A model generated the notes under the pieces. It did no database searches. It was not told the origin of the DNA and was given only the letters and a program-made list of their open reading frames with translations. The translations under genes and the position numbers were made by a program. Below, in pieces: positions 24,277 through 36,639 of a stretch of DNA of 64,000 nt (positions within the stretch are counted from its first letter, which is position 1; each line of letters opens with the position of its first letter). The stretch covers positions 27,342,001 to 27,406,000 of the forward strand of contig OZ024757.1 of the NCBI GenBank assembly GCA_964016885.1, read 5' to 3'. This DNA comes from Eledone cirrhosa. Its lineage: Eukaryota.

Positions 24277-24440
24277 TAGAAAAGTTTCTACAGGACTAGA
24301 ACTGTTTCATTCGTGAGAAATCCTGCTGAAACAGTTCTAGTCCTGTAGAAGCTTTTCTATATTAAAACATTTATACTCTGCTATGTATTGAGTACCTTAC
24401 TTACTGTGGTTACCTCCGATTGAACCCGGAATAACTTATC
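24277..24440. mobile_element. PLE family D fold-back (two half hammerheads)
   Basis: ATAGAAAAGTTTCTACAGGACTAGAACTGTTTCA / TGAAACAGTTCTAGTCCTGTAGAAGCTTTTCTAT; tail shared with 39884-39965 and 47268-47350. Confidence 0.7.
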
Positions 24441-24683
24441 TATCTATATATATATATGTTCAAGGTGACGACAAAACAGGTATAAAAAGTCTTATTACTT
24501 TCACGCTTTATATGGAAAAGAGGAAAGAAAGTTCGACGTGTTGGGCTTTAGCCCTTCTTCAAGAGTACAAAAATAGAGATAGGATCACAATGGATAGATA
24601 CAGAAAATAAAGGTAATCCAAGTAAACAAAAAGAAAAAAAAATCTAAAATAACGAGTGTAAACAAGACAAACTGTTATATATA

Positions 24684-24827
24684 CAGTGAAATTCCGTTAT
24701 AACGAAACCTTCTTTGTAACGAGATCGACCGAAACAAATCGAGCGTTTGTTTGTTATTACCTCGGGGATTGAAAAAATGTCGTTATACTGAAAAATTGGA
24801 AAATTCGTTATAATGGAATTTTACCTG
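24684..24827. mobile_element. Tigger/pogo-type MITE
   Basis: TA|CAGTGAAATTCCGTTATAACGAA ... TTCGTTATAATGGAATTTTACCTG|TA. Confidence 0.7.
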
Positions 24828-24845
24828 TATATACATATATGTGTA

Positions 24846-24898
<53 letters not shown>

Positions 24899-24955
24899 GT
24901 ACACACACGCACATATATATATATATATGTTTGTAAAATATAAAGTAGTTCCTAC

Positions 24956-25075
24956 CTTTCAGAATATAGTCCACCACTACAGCTTCCTCTTCCCGGCATG
25001 CAATAGCATCCAGTGTCAGTGATGTCATAGATTGGGAACACATCAGCTCAGGCATCGTAAGACGACAGCTCTCAG
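24956..25075 (-). CDS. Candidate internal coding exon (120 bp, phase 1-1) of an unidentified host gene
   Basis: Acceptor cctctttctatatttcag|CTG, donor AAG|gtagga; only one open frame on this strand: xESCRLTMPELMCSQSMTSLTLDAIACREEEAVVVDYILK; non-repetitive. Protein not recognised. Confidence 0.5.
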
Positions 25076-25764
25076 CTGAAATATAGAAAGAGGCATTGAC
25101 TGAGTGAAGCCGGAGACACAACATGGCCGAATAGTTAAGAAGTTCGCTTGGCAATCATTAGTACAGGGTTCGGTCTTATTTCGTGGTGTTTTGGTCAAGG
25201 GTTATTTATCATAGCCTCGAATCGGCCCTTACCTTGTCAAACCTGCCAACCTCTAAAACCCCAAACGGGGAGTACCATGAAAAAAAAAAACGTGCCTTGG
25301 GAATCCAGACGAATCAGATGGTTCTTTCTGACAGGATCCGCTGGAAGGGGTGTGAGAACTCTGCCCCCACGACCCTCTCGAGAATAAGTGGGCGAAGAAG
25401 AATAAGATGACGAAGAAGTCAGACATTAAATTCAAACACGTCTTTCAAAACCCTACCACAGGCCGCTCAGTAAAACAACAAATAAACTGCTCCATTTACT
25501 GGTATGGAGGAGTTGGACGTCATCAGGCCGCAGTTGTCGTATTCATTCACATTATAAAAAATGAAAAATGAAAATCGTACAGCATATTCTGGATGCACAG
25601 GCTCATATGAATTCACAACACATTCACTTTTGTGAGGACATTGGATTTTTTTCTTTATAAGCACACAGGGCACCAGCATTTTAAAGCTGGCGGAGCCCAT
25701 CCCTCTCGACGCCTGAATACCGTCGATTTCTTTTAGAGAAAAGGAGAGAGCATGAGAGAAATAA

Positions 25765-25825
<61 letters not shown>

Positions 25826-26138
25826 GAGAGAGAGAAAGAGGGCGAGAGAGAGAGAGAGAGAACAGCGCAACAGGCAACTGTAGTACTGGACTGGTATGTA
25901 TTTTTTGATCGATCTCGAAAAGATGAAAGGCAAAGCTAGCCGAGGCGGTATTTTAACTTAAAGAACACAGGATGTTAAAACGAACACCGCAAAGCATTCT
26001 ATCCGACAGTGTAACGACTCTGCCAATTTGCCGCGTATGACATACATAATGAATTGTTAATTTATTAATATCTTTTTCATGAACAGATAAGGAAAATGCC
26101 TAGAGATGAATGAGAAATGAAGATACCACGGTCTAAAG

Positions 26139-26373
26139 CAGTCATGGGCAACCTGCGGCCCGAAAAGCTTACTGAATGGCTCACCTAAGTCACCTAAGTG
26201 AAATCTTTCTGATTTTTTTACCCCAAGTTTTCAGTCGTAATTTATCTTTCTATCATTTCTATGATCCAGGAAAACAATGTGTACGAATTCTGAAGAAACA
26301 AATCAAAACAACCTGAGTTATCGCCGTTTTTTTTAATGTAGGCCCGCTTCTCGAAAAACGTTGCCCATGCCTG
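26139..26373. mobile_element. hAT (Charlie-like) MITE with 8-bp TSD
   Basis: TIRs CAGTCATGGGCAAC / GTTGCCCATGCCTG; TSD GTCTAAAG at 26131-26138 and 26374-26381. Confidence 0.85.
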
Positions 26374-26623
26374 GTCTAAAGTCTAAAGTCTGTTTTAAGC
26401 CAGGAGGCTCGTTCGGCCGGTGCTTAACCTGGTTTCATGACGTCAGTCCGTCATAGAGTTAAACCCCTAACTATTTCTGGTACTCATTTTCAGCTGAGTA
26501 CACTGGAGCAACGTGAAATGAAGTATTTTGCTCAAGAACATAACACGCAACCCAGCCCAGGAATTGAAACCACGACATTATGATCGTAAGTCCAACACCC
26601 TTGTTTTGGAGACAAGAGACAGC

Positions 26624-26665
26624 TATGGACATGTGTTTCGGTCTGGATTTTGCCTCATCAGCACA
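26624..26665 (-). ncRNA. Hammerhead ribozyme motif, singleton, partly decayed
   Basis: Reverse complement TGTG-CTGATGA-GGCAAAATCCAGACC-GAAA-CACATG-TC-CATA; intact core, weak stem II. Confidence 0.5.
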
Positions 26666-26864
26666 TCATTGTTCTTAAAGACGACATAACGTCTAAGAGG
26701 TGGGTAAAGTGATAAGTAGGACGTTATTCATTTGCATATGTGTAGGTTGAGTACGCATACAACACACACACATGCAATCATGTATGCATATGTATGTGTA
26801 TTTACACGCGCACTCACACACACACTCGTATATGTATATATGTATGTGTGTAAGTATGTATATG

Positions 26865-27022
26865 CAGGGCCTATAAGAGGGGGGTACTTTGTTCCGAGGC
26901 CCAAGAACTATGAAGGCCCCCACAGCAACCATGCAACATCCATTTTGAGAAAAATCTTTGCCTGCTTTGGGACCCAAAGGGGTTCTTGTATCACCTTGCA
27001 AAATTCCTCTTGGGGGGCCCTG
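26865..27022. mobile_element. hAT-type MITE
   Basis: CAGGGCC...GGCCCTG, near-TSD TGTATATG/CGTATATG; related inverted copy at about 10298-10460. Confidence 0.7.
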
Positions 27023-27166
27023 CGTATATGTGTGCGTATTTACTCACTCACACAAACACACACACATATATATATATATATTCATGGATGTAGGTATGTA
27101 AATGTGTGCAATTCCACAAACACTCACGTACAAATATGTCTACGGATGTATGTATGTATTTACACA

Positions 27167-27248
<82 letters not shown>

Positions 27249-27250
<2 letters not shown>

Positions 27251-27540
27251 TAAATCTACCAATCAATGGTAGGGTCTAAACCGTATGAAGAACTCAATGT
27301 AATTCGTATGTAGATGTCGTGAAGCAAAGTTTAAAATACAAAATTTTCAACGATATAATTCATTGGATACAGAGTCAAAAATAGAAATATTAAAACAATG
27401 AAATTAAACATAAAACGGTTAATTCATAGTAAAACTCATAAAAACATACGGCGAACTACCCCCCAGAAACGATCGTAAAATAATGAGTTTTATTATGAAT
27501 TAACCGTTTTGTGTTTAATTTCATTGTTTTAATATTTCTC
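27249..27540. mobile_element. PLE family F relative, fold-back
   Basis: 27249-27400 resembles the reverse complement of 3550-3697; inverted arms 27383-27440 / 27483-27538; half motif GAAA-CGATCG-TA-AAATAA at 27466-27483. Confidence 0.6.
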
Positions 27541-27769
27541 TCTCTATATATATATCAGTAAATGGATCTCCATCTGTTTCGACGATGTATTCCAGTTGTT
27601 TGATCAACCACAACCAGAACTACTACAGCAACAACAACAACCACAGTAACAAAGCAAGGACAACAACGACGACGACGAGAAAAACAACAACAACAACAAC
27701 CAGTGATGAATAAAGAAACCCAGATTATTGTTTGGTCTCGGAGATTTTAGTTCAACTTTATAAAGGGGA

Positions 27770-28061
27770 CCATCATCAGTACCACCACCACTACCATCTC
27801 CACCATAATGCCACCACCACCACCACCACCACCACCACCACTACCGTCACCCCCATAACGCCACCACCATCACACCGCCACCACGACCATCACCACCATA
27901 ACACCGCCACCACCACTACCATCGCCACAACCACCACTACCACCGCCACCATACCACCACGACCACCACCATCGCCACCACCACTACCACCGCCACCATA
28001 CCACCACGACCACCACCATCGCCACCATAATGCCAACAACACCACCACAACCACCACCACC

Positions 28062-28092
<31 letters not shown>

Positions 28093-28920
28093 CCACAACC
28101 ACAAAAACCTCCACCACCATCACCACGGCACTCGGCTATCTTCAAATCCCTATATTCCCTTTCCCTCCACAAATGTACCCCTTACTCACCCTAACATCAT
28201 CCGCCATTTTATACACCAGAACGTTAGGGTCCACTGTGAATGTGTCTAGAGTGCAGAACACCCTGCAAAGGGTCACAATGTTAGAAAGGTGGTGGTGGTT
28301 GTAGTGATAATAGTAGTAGTAGTAGTAGTAGCAGTGGTGCTGGTTGTGGTGATAGTAATAGTAGCAGTAGTGGTAGTGGTGGTTGTGGTGACAGTAGTAG
28401 TAGTGGTGGTGGTGACGGTAACAGTAGTAATAGTAGTAGTAGTAGTAGTGGTGGTGGTGGTTCAGCCTGTTTATATCTCATTTTCTTGCCATAAACCACC
28501 ACTACCACGTCAACTATTACTACACACCGCCACTAGCACCCCCTTCACACTATCAGTATCACCACCACCACCACCACTACCACTACCACCTCCACCAATA
28601 CCATCATCACCACTACGACCACAACTATCATCCCCTCACACCATACAGCACTACCACCACTACCACCACTACCACCACCACCACCACCACCACCAATATC
28701 ATTATTCTCACTACTACAACCACCATTATCATCCCATCACCACCACCACCACCACCACTACCACCTCCACCAATACCATCATCACCACTACGACCACAAC
28801 TATCATCCCCTCACACCATACAGCACTACCGCCACCACCACCACCACCACCACCACCAATATCATTATTCTCACTACTACAACCACCATTATCATCCCAT
28901 CACACCACCGCCACCATCAC
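27770..28920. repeat. (CAC)n / (GTA,GTG)n low-complexity block
   Basis: Alternating C-rich and G-rich triplet tracts with a local duplication (28580-28740 vs 28765-28900). Confidence 0.9.
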
Positions 28921-29207
28921 ATTGCCAGAATTAATATTGAACATTATACCGTTTTGACTATGTTAAGGACATCTACGAAACCGGCCTTTCATCAATAACC
29001 TGACCCTGCATAACGATCATCACAAAAGTGCAAAGGATATGTCCGTACATGAGGATCTTGACTGAAAATTTCATCGAAGGCCTTATGCAATATTTATAGT
29101 GGCAAATGATAATTGGTACAAGATTCGACCCTGGTGCGTTACTGGTACTTTATTTTATCGACCCCGGAAGGATGAAGGCGTCATCGGCGCCGGGAAATAC
29201 TTTAATT

Positions 29208-29390
29208 AATTGTTTCTACTTTAGGCACAAGGCCAGCAATTACCCAGTGCATTACTGGTACTTTATTTTATTGACCCCGTAAGGATGAAAGGCAAATTCA
29301 ACCTCGGCGGGATTTGAACTCAGATTGTAAAGGGACGTAACTATGCTGGAAAGCATGGCGTCCGACCCTCTACCGATACTGCCAATCCAC
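29208..29390 (-). mobile_element. OK-like SINE, near full length
   Basis: Near-identical to 1677-1863. Confidence 0.85.
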
Positions 29391-30205
29391 AATTAATGAA
29401 GAATTTTGAGGGGCTACTCATATTGATTTCTCATTAAGGCACAAGAACAAAATGGTTTCTGATTAAGGCAAAAGTACAGCAATGATATCGCCCAGAGTAC
29501 ATGGCTGGTACTTTATCTTATCGATCTCGGAACGATGAAAGCTAAAGTCGATACCGGCGAGATTTGAAGCCACAACGTAAAAGCTGTATCTAAATACTTC
29601 AAAACATTTATTGGTCACAAACATTTATTTACAATAGTTTATAACTTTGCCTATTAATCTGAATGGTGAGCAAATGGGGTCCCACGTGCTGGCCTCTCCA
29701 CAGGATGGAGAAGGCATTTCCCCGGAGGATGGTAAGGGAGATGCGCTGGAAGGGCCATTCCAACTCGCGAGGCTCACGCCTGCGGCTGGCTAGTTCAGCG
29801 CCTATGGTAGTGAAAGGGAGGTAGCCCTAGGGCCAACCACCGATCTGATGATTCTTCCAATCCAGCATTTACCCTGGAGTTTACTAATATAATTGATTAT
29901 TTCATTACTAAGTAACTTAACATATGGCTATTATGTTGGAAAATTATAATGTAAATATATCGCTCTGATCGACCGACAAGACCCCAGACCGCATTCGCTT
30001 ATGGAGAGGCGTGGACCTTATCAAATCGGACCAAGGGAACAATGTTTCCATTGGTTTTTCCATTGCTGATACTATCTACTGGTCGCAACTCCTGACAGAC
30101 ACATATATACATATATACATATTATACACACACATATATACATATTATAAGGTCTGCTGGAATACAAGCCGAAACCGCTAGGTGTCGCGGTCGGGTTATT
30201 ACCTC

Positions 30206-30298
<93 letters not shown>

Positions 30299-30366
30299 TA
30301 CATACATATATATATATATATGTGAAAGGTAAACAGAAATAACAACACAATCGGTACAGTATATGG

Positions 30367-30401
<35 letters not shown>

Positions 30402-30587
30402 GTGTGTGTGTGAGTGTGTATACATATATGTGTGTGTTTACTCAATATAATCACAGCAAACATTGGGAAAGAATGCTGAGAGGAATCAGTGTAAAGACGA
30501 GAACAAACAAGACACAATTTGTTTCTTTATTCGCCACCGAGGCTTCAATGGAACAATACAACCAGCTATGTGTGTGTGTGTAAACAG

Positions 30588-30674
<87 letters not shown>

Positions 30675-31098
30675 AATACGGGACCCCGACGGCTGAGCAA
30701 CAGCTAGTTCGAATCTAGTTGTTAAGGCGGTCGGAATTCAGCCGTCGGGGTCCCGTATTTTTCATATTACCCATTTTCATATTACCCCAGGTATTGAGTA
30801 CTCTCGTGAGTAATGGTCTAACTGGTTTTTATCGCCTCTATTCTATTAATTAAACGAGTTTCAGAAGATCCCTTTAAGGGTGAAAGCAGCGATTCTTTGC
30901 TTAAACTTCAATCTGTAATTTTAATAAATATTTGCTCTAGGGTTCTTATATATTTGATATATATTTATTCTTATCGAGCCCTCTTTGGATTTTAGTCTTC
31001 ACATTTATTATAATTATTATATATATATACAACAACACAATTGGTACAGTATATGGAAGGAATATATTAGGTTAACACTTGAAATAGCAGGGAGGGGG

Positions 31099-31134
31099 TC
31101 TTAACGTTTCGGACGCTAGTCCTTCATCAGAAGA
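31099..31134 (-). ncRNA. Minimal hammerhead ribozyme motif, family E
   Basis: Reverse complement TCTT-CTGATGA-A-GGAC-TAGC-GTCC-GAAA-CG-TT-AAGA; palindromic ACGT replaces stem III; second copy at 41646-41682(-). Confidence 0.7.
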
Positions 31135-31261
31135 AAGAATGAGATAGATTGAAGGGACGGGCGGTGTAGAATTGGAAAAAAATGTCTTTAGATAAAAATA
31201 ACAGGTCCATTCATGTTGATATCTCACACACAACACACACATATGCATATAGATGTATGAA

Positions 31262-31340
<79 letters not shown>

Positions 31341-31342
<2 letters not shown>

Positions 31343-31533
31343 CGGAAGAAATGTGGTAAGGAACCAGGTGGACCATAACGCACCAAAGTACTCAATACTT
31401 AGGGTAGTAGAGTGGGTAATAGGAACGAGTAGGACCCCGACGGCTGAGCTCAAGCCGTTTCGACGGCTAATTCTGAGTCCAGAATTATCCGTCGAAACGG
31501 CTTGAACTCAGCCGTCGGGGTCCTACTCGTTCC

Positions 31534-31535
<2 letters not shown>
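31341..31535. mobile_element. PLE family A fold-back copy
   Basis: Tail plus half hammerhead (-), inverted at TTCTGAG|TCCAGAA to half hammerhead (+); (TA)n on both flanks. Confidence 0.8.
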
Positions 31536-31565
<30 letters not shown>

Positions 31566-31696
31566 CACACACACACATATATGTTTGGTATGATTAGTAT
31601 TAGCTAAACAAACGAGACTAATGTACGCAGGATAGAGCACTCGATGATATATACGAGTAGGTCTGCGTACTCCTCCTTTGACAGCAACAACAACAA

Positions 31697-32382
31697 TGGT
31701 TTCTTATATAGGCACAAGGCCAGCAATTTTGGAAGAGAGGGGGAAAGTCGATTAAATCGACCCCAGCGCGTGACTGGTACTTTATTTAATCGACCCCGTA
31801 AGGATGAAAGGCAAAGCTAACCTCGGCGGGATTTGAACTCAGATCATAAAGGGACGTAACTCTATGCTGCAAACCACGGCGTCCGACGCTCTACAACAGC
31901 AGCAACAACAACAACAACAACAACAACAATCTACTTACCTCATGAAGCCAGACGATTATCTGAAATGCCTGGTGTTCCATGAATATATGGCGTTTCCTGG
32001 AAATGAGTCGAGTGAGTATTGTGCCACCAACTTGTACAGTTCACTACGTTAGACAGCATGGACGTACCATTATCGAAGATCACTGATCCCACCATGGGTT
32101 AAACGAGGGGGTTGAATTACTATAAAAACAACAACAAAAATAACAATAACAATAATAATAAATATCATAATGGTTTCTGATTTAGGAACAAGGCCGGCAA
32201 TTTTGGTGGGAGGGGAAAATCGATTGAGTCAACCCCAGTGCATTACTGGTACTTTATTTTATCGACCCCCGTAAGGATGAATGGTAAAGTTAACCTCGGC
32301 GGAATTTGAACTCAGACCATAAAGGGCCGTAACTCTTTGTTGCAAAGCATGGCGTCCGACCCTCTACCGATACTGCCAATCC
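31697..32382 (-). mobile_element. Two OK-like SINEs (31697-31893, 32170-32382), longer-body variant
   Basis: Both carry the extra GGGGTCGATTTAATCGACTTTCCCC-type segment that the youngest copies lack. Confidence 0.75.
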
Positions 32383-32525
32383 ATTAAAATATACAATAAA
32401 ACCTCGATTTAACGGACTAAAAGAGGGAGGGTGTCTCTATTAATACGGAGAGTCCGTTGAATTGCGGTTAACTTGAGTATACCAAATATATCGTCTGACA
32501 AATCACAGCCCCACAATACATTAGA

Positions 32526-32712
32526 CCAATGGTTCCCAAAGTGGGTTCCGCGGAACTTTAGGGTTCTGCAAAAGCGTGTCTGGGGTTCCATGAAATAAGG
32601 TAGAGGAGTATATCTATATTACGACCATATAACAGTATTAAACTTTGGTGTTCCCTCCAAAAGCTTCTGAACCAAAAAAGGGTTCCACTTTGAAAAAGTT
32701 TAGTAAACCCTG
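32526..32712. mobile_element. hAT (Charlie-like) MITE
   Basis: CAATGGTTCCCAAA ... TTTAGTAAACCCTG; inverted relatives at 37763-37934 and 57784-58003. Confidence 0.7.
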
Positions 32713-33099
32713 CATTAGGCAATCGGTGAGAGAAAGAGCCTTTAACTGCAGAGTCGTAGGAGCGCCGTCTTGATACACAGCGTGTCTTGGGCATTTAAAA
32801 TCTGGTGCAACCTATCCCTATCCAGGTCGGAACGCAGTCGATTTCTTCCAGAGAATAAAAACGAGAAAGAATTGACTCTACTGTTACTTTATTGATCTAG
32901 CACGAAACGATGGAAGGCAAAGTTAATCTCAGCGAGAATTTATCTCAGAGTGCAGTGAGTCGGAATAAATACATTTTTCAAAAATGAAATAAAATAAAAT
33001 AAACAAATATATAAATAAGAATCACAGTAAAACGACGACGACAAAACAAGAGGGAAAAGAATGAACAGTATTTCGTTTGTCACAGGGCCGACCTGTTTT

Positions 33100-33450
33100 T
33101 CTCACAGTTGAGTAGACTGGAGCAACGTGAAATCGAGAGACTCGCTTAAGGACACAATCCATCGTAAGGTTGCAGGTGGTACCCATTTTTGCCCAGTTGA
33201 GTGGACTGGAGCAACGTGAAATCAGTCGGTGTGATAATGAGATGAAGAGACTCGCTTAAGGACTCAATCCGCCGTAAGGTGAACATCCAGCTGTTGGTGG
33301 TACTCATTTTTCTCCCAGCTGAGTGGTCTGGAGCAACATGAAACGAAGAAACTCGCTTAAGCACAAAACACGCCACTCGGTGTGAGAATCGAACACGTCA
33401 TGTCCCGATCGCTAGCACAACGCTCTAACCACCAAGCCACACACGCTTCG
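33100..33450 (-). mobile_element. CORE-type SINE with triplicated core segment
   Basis: CAG.TGAGT.G.CTGGAGCAAC.TGAAA..ACTCGCTTAAG repeated three times (about 33104, 33194, 33317). Confidence 0.7.
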
Positions 33451-33479
33451 CAGCTGAAAAGATACACTCGACCAAATGG

Positions 33480-33776
33480 GAGATAGTCAATGAGTTGTAC
33501 AATGTTAAGTTGTACAACAGAGAAATATCGACCGCCTAGTGTGAGGCTGACCAGCGTTGGTCCACGTCAGAATACATAGACAAGCACAAACGATTAGGTA
33601 GACATATTTACAGAGCAATATGTAAACACTAGCAAAGCAGGACAGACAACAAACGGTACAAGCATTTACCAAAAACGGGTCACTAAAATGTACGACATCG
33701 CAACACTTGAGATATGCCTGTGTAAACTGATAGAGAAATCAACACAAACTTACCAGACATTGTCATTAATGATTAG
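33480..33776 (+). pseudogene. Second R4/Dong-like endonuclease relic
   Basis: Reads SEYIDKHKRLGRHIYRAICKH*..RYKHLPK and DMPV*TDREINTNLPDIVIND (compare EY..RHD, WY.H.P, TDR.I..NRPDIV). Confidence 0.6.
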
Positions 33777-33899
33777 TTAAGTATATAAACACACACATCT
33801 CTCTCTCCATATATATATATTCATACATACTGACATATATATTCACACAATCACACACACACATATATATATGTATACACATACACACACATATGTATA

Positions 33900-34682
33900 T
33901 CTGTATATATATAAAATTAAGTATGTGTGTGTCTGTGTATTACCTATAGGGGCCTACATCTTACGACCGATTTTCATGAAACTTTACAGGCTCATAGATT
34001 AGTCATCGGGGAGTGTTTTCTATATATCAGCGTATCGTTTTCTTTTTTTATTCCGCGGTCATTCTGCAGATAAAATTTTTTTAGGTATCGAAAAATAATA
34101 TTTTTGGCTCTAGCTCCCACATTTTGCCACCGATTTCGTTCAAATTTTAAAGCAAAATAGAATTTATCATTGCACATCCTGTAATGGCTTTATATTTTGC
34201 ATTTGTTGTTCAGGGACGGCGTGGAAGCCGCTTAAATATTCAAAAATACCACTTTTAGACTCAAATTTCCACTTTTTCGGCTCTAGCTCCCACATTAATC
34301 AACCTACTTTGTTCAAATTTTACAGTACGCTAGATCTGATTATTTCACGTCTTAAAGTGGCTTTACATTTTGGATTTTTTGTTCAGGAACGGTGTGGCAG
34401 CCGCTTAATATTCGAAAATACCACCTTTTTGCTCATATTTCCGCCTTTTCGGCTCTAGCACCCACATTTTCAACCGATTTCGTTCAAATTCGAAACTCCC
34501 TCCCCCAGCATGCCCCTTCGTCAGTCACCCACGTTTCTCAGTGATAGAGCTCATCACCACCCTCCTCCGCATGGCCTGTTTGTGGCCATAGATGTCATCG
34601 AGAAGCAGTCGCTAAGATCAACACCTTTTCATCAAAGCAGATATTATTTTACCTACCCAGGCAAAGCTGGGTACTGCTGCTA

Positions 34683-34683
<1 letters not shown>
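33900..34683 (+). mobile_element. Non-autonomous Helitron
   Basis: A|TC start (TCTGTATATATATAAAAT), subterminal hairpin TACCCAG-GCAAAG-CTGGGTA, CTAG|T end, no TSD; internal repeat of about 172 bp (GGCTCTAGC.CCCACATT x3). Confidence 0.8.
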
Positions 34684-34732
<49 letters not shown>

Positions 34733-34740
34733 TTATATAT

Positions 34741-34879
34741 AACGAAGGAAGTGTGGTAAGGAAGCAGGTGGACCATAACGCACCACAGTACTCGATACTA
34801 TGGGTAGTAGAGTGGGTAATAGGAAAATAGCTGTCGAAACGGCTGGAGCTCAACCGTCGGGGTCCTGACTATTTTCCTT

Positions 34880-34882
<3 letters not shown>
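34741..34882. mobile_element. PLE family A diverged fold-back copy
   Basis: Tail (-) joined to GAAA-CGGCTGGAGCTCAACCG-TC-GGGGT (+). Confidence 0.7.
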
Positions 34883-34941
<59 letters not shown>

Positions 34942-34943
<2 letters not shown>

Positions 34944-35041
34944 GGCTGTCCCAAAAATGTATACACACTTCAACTGCATTCTAATAAATATTGCCTGTAC
35001 AGGTAATCGAAGTGTGTATACATTTTTGGGGATACCTTCTG
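34942..35041. mobile_element. Tc1/mariner-type MITE (about 100 bp)
   Basis: TIRs CAGGCTGTCCCAAAAATGTATACACACTT / AAGTGTGTATACATTTTTGGGGATACC; copies at about 14825-14891, 37494-37593, 40040-40148 and 45575-45635. Confidence 0.75.
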
Positions 35042-35053
35042 TCTGTGTGTGTA

Positions 35054-35084
<31 letters not shown>

Positions 35085-35424
35085 CATACAGGTGAAATAC
35101 CCGACCTTATCCAGGCTGCTGAGTAACAGAAAATCTACCAGAACTGCTCTTAATGAAGATATATTTGGGTTAATAAAACATTATTGGATTTCTCTTGCCA
35201 AATTACCGATCATATCAGAACTAAATTTTCTTTTAAATTTTGTTCCAGGACATTCCAGCAGCTAATACATTGCGCTATTGATAAACGTTCAATTGACTAG
35301 TGTTTCGTGATACAAGTATGTAAGTGCCGTACAGCTAAGTCATGTGTATTAAACAAAAATAAAGGATTAAGTGAAAGCAAAAGCAGTTTTAATTCATTTG
35401 AAACTTTTAATTAACATACACATT

Positions 35425-35443
35425 TCTTTGCTTCTTGAAATAC

Positions 35444-35516
<73 letters not shown>

Positions 35517-35573
35517 TGTATATATATATATATTAAAGTATTTCAAATATATATATATATATATATATTAAAG

Positions 35574-35625
<52 letters not shown>

Positions 35626-35742
35626 GTATTCCATATATATATATATATATTAAAGTATTTCATATATATATATATATATTAAAGTATTTCATATATATAT
35701 ATATATATTAAAGTATTTCATATATATATATATATATTAAAG

Positions 35743-35790
<48 letters not shown>

Positions 35791-35930
35791 GTATTTCATA
35801 TATATATATATATATTAAAGTATTTCATATATATATATATATATATATTAAAGTATTTCATATATATATATATATATATTAAAGTATTTCATATATATAT
35901 ATATATAATATATATATATATATATTAAAG

Positions 35931-36006
<76 letters not shown>

Positions 36007-36027
36007 GTATTTCAAGAAGCAAAGAAA
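35425..36027. repeat. (TA)n array punctuated by TTAAAGTATTTCA units, bounded by an inverted repeat
   Basis: About 13 copies of (TA)nTTAAAGTATTTCA; TTTCTTTGCTTCTTGAAATACTTTAA at left is inverted to TTAAAGTATTTCAAGAAGCAAAGAAA at right. Confidence 0.85.
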
Positions 36028-36137
36028 AGTTTATGTTCATTATATATATATCGGAATACAAAAAACAACAAACGACAGCGCAGGAGTACAAGTTACAAAT
36101 GGCATTAGGTGACGCTTAGTGAGAGAGGGGGTTGTGG

Positions 36138-36172
36138 GCGCGACGTTTCGGGCACAAGCCCTTCATCAGGAG
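36138..36172 (-). ncRNA. Minimal hammerhead motif, family H (stem I weak)
   Basis: Reverse complement CTC-CTGATGA-A-GGGC-TTGT-GCCC-GAAA-CG-TC-GCG; relative with CCGAGGA core at 49355-49388(-), decayed one at 24531-24566(-). Confidence 0.55.
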
Positions 36173-36481
36173 AGTGCGGATGGAGGAACTGCGAGAAGGA
36201 GTGAGGGGGGGAGTTGGCGGAAAAAAGGAGATAAAGATAAAACATGAAGTGGAAAATAAAAGTTAAAATAAAAGGTGTAAAAAGATGAGAGGAGTGTTGG
36301 GGTGGTAGTGCGTGAGGGGTGGATGGAGGGGAAGAGATTGAGGGGGATATATGTGTTTGTGTGTGTGTATCAACGTTATATATACATATATATATATATA
36401 TATGTATATATGTATATATATGTTGATTTAAAACTGCACTATCAACAAGTGTTTTTTTAGCCTTCATATCATGTTCTCCTG

Positions 36482-36548
36482 TTTTATCTGATGAAAACAC
36501 AAATATTATTGCTTGATGATGTTTGTTTTTGAAATGCGCATAATAAAA
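36482..36548 (+). ncRNA. Hammerhead ribozyme motif, family C (solo terminal repeat 36418-36590)
   Basis: Nearly identical to 23992-24058. Confidence 0.8.
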
Positions 36549-36580
36549 TATATGGAACTCCTTTAACCATCTTTTGATCT

Positions 36581-36639
<59 letters not shown>

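Noticed and set aside
29660-29880. HDV-like ribozyme in a GC-rich repeat (second copy at 62632-62710)
   Set aside because: Could not build a 7-bp P1 with a consistent P2/P3 double pseudoknot by eye; treated as an unclassified repeat, possibly a LINE 5' UTR.
35520-36013. CRISPR-like repeat-spacer appearance
   Set aside because: Repeat is only 13 bp, spacers are (TA)n, there are no cas genes and the context is eukaryotic.
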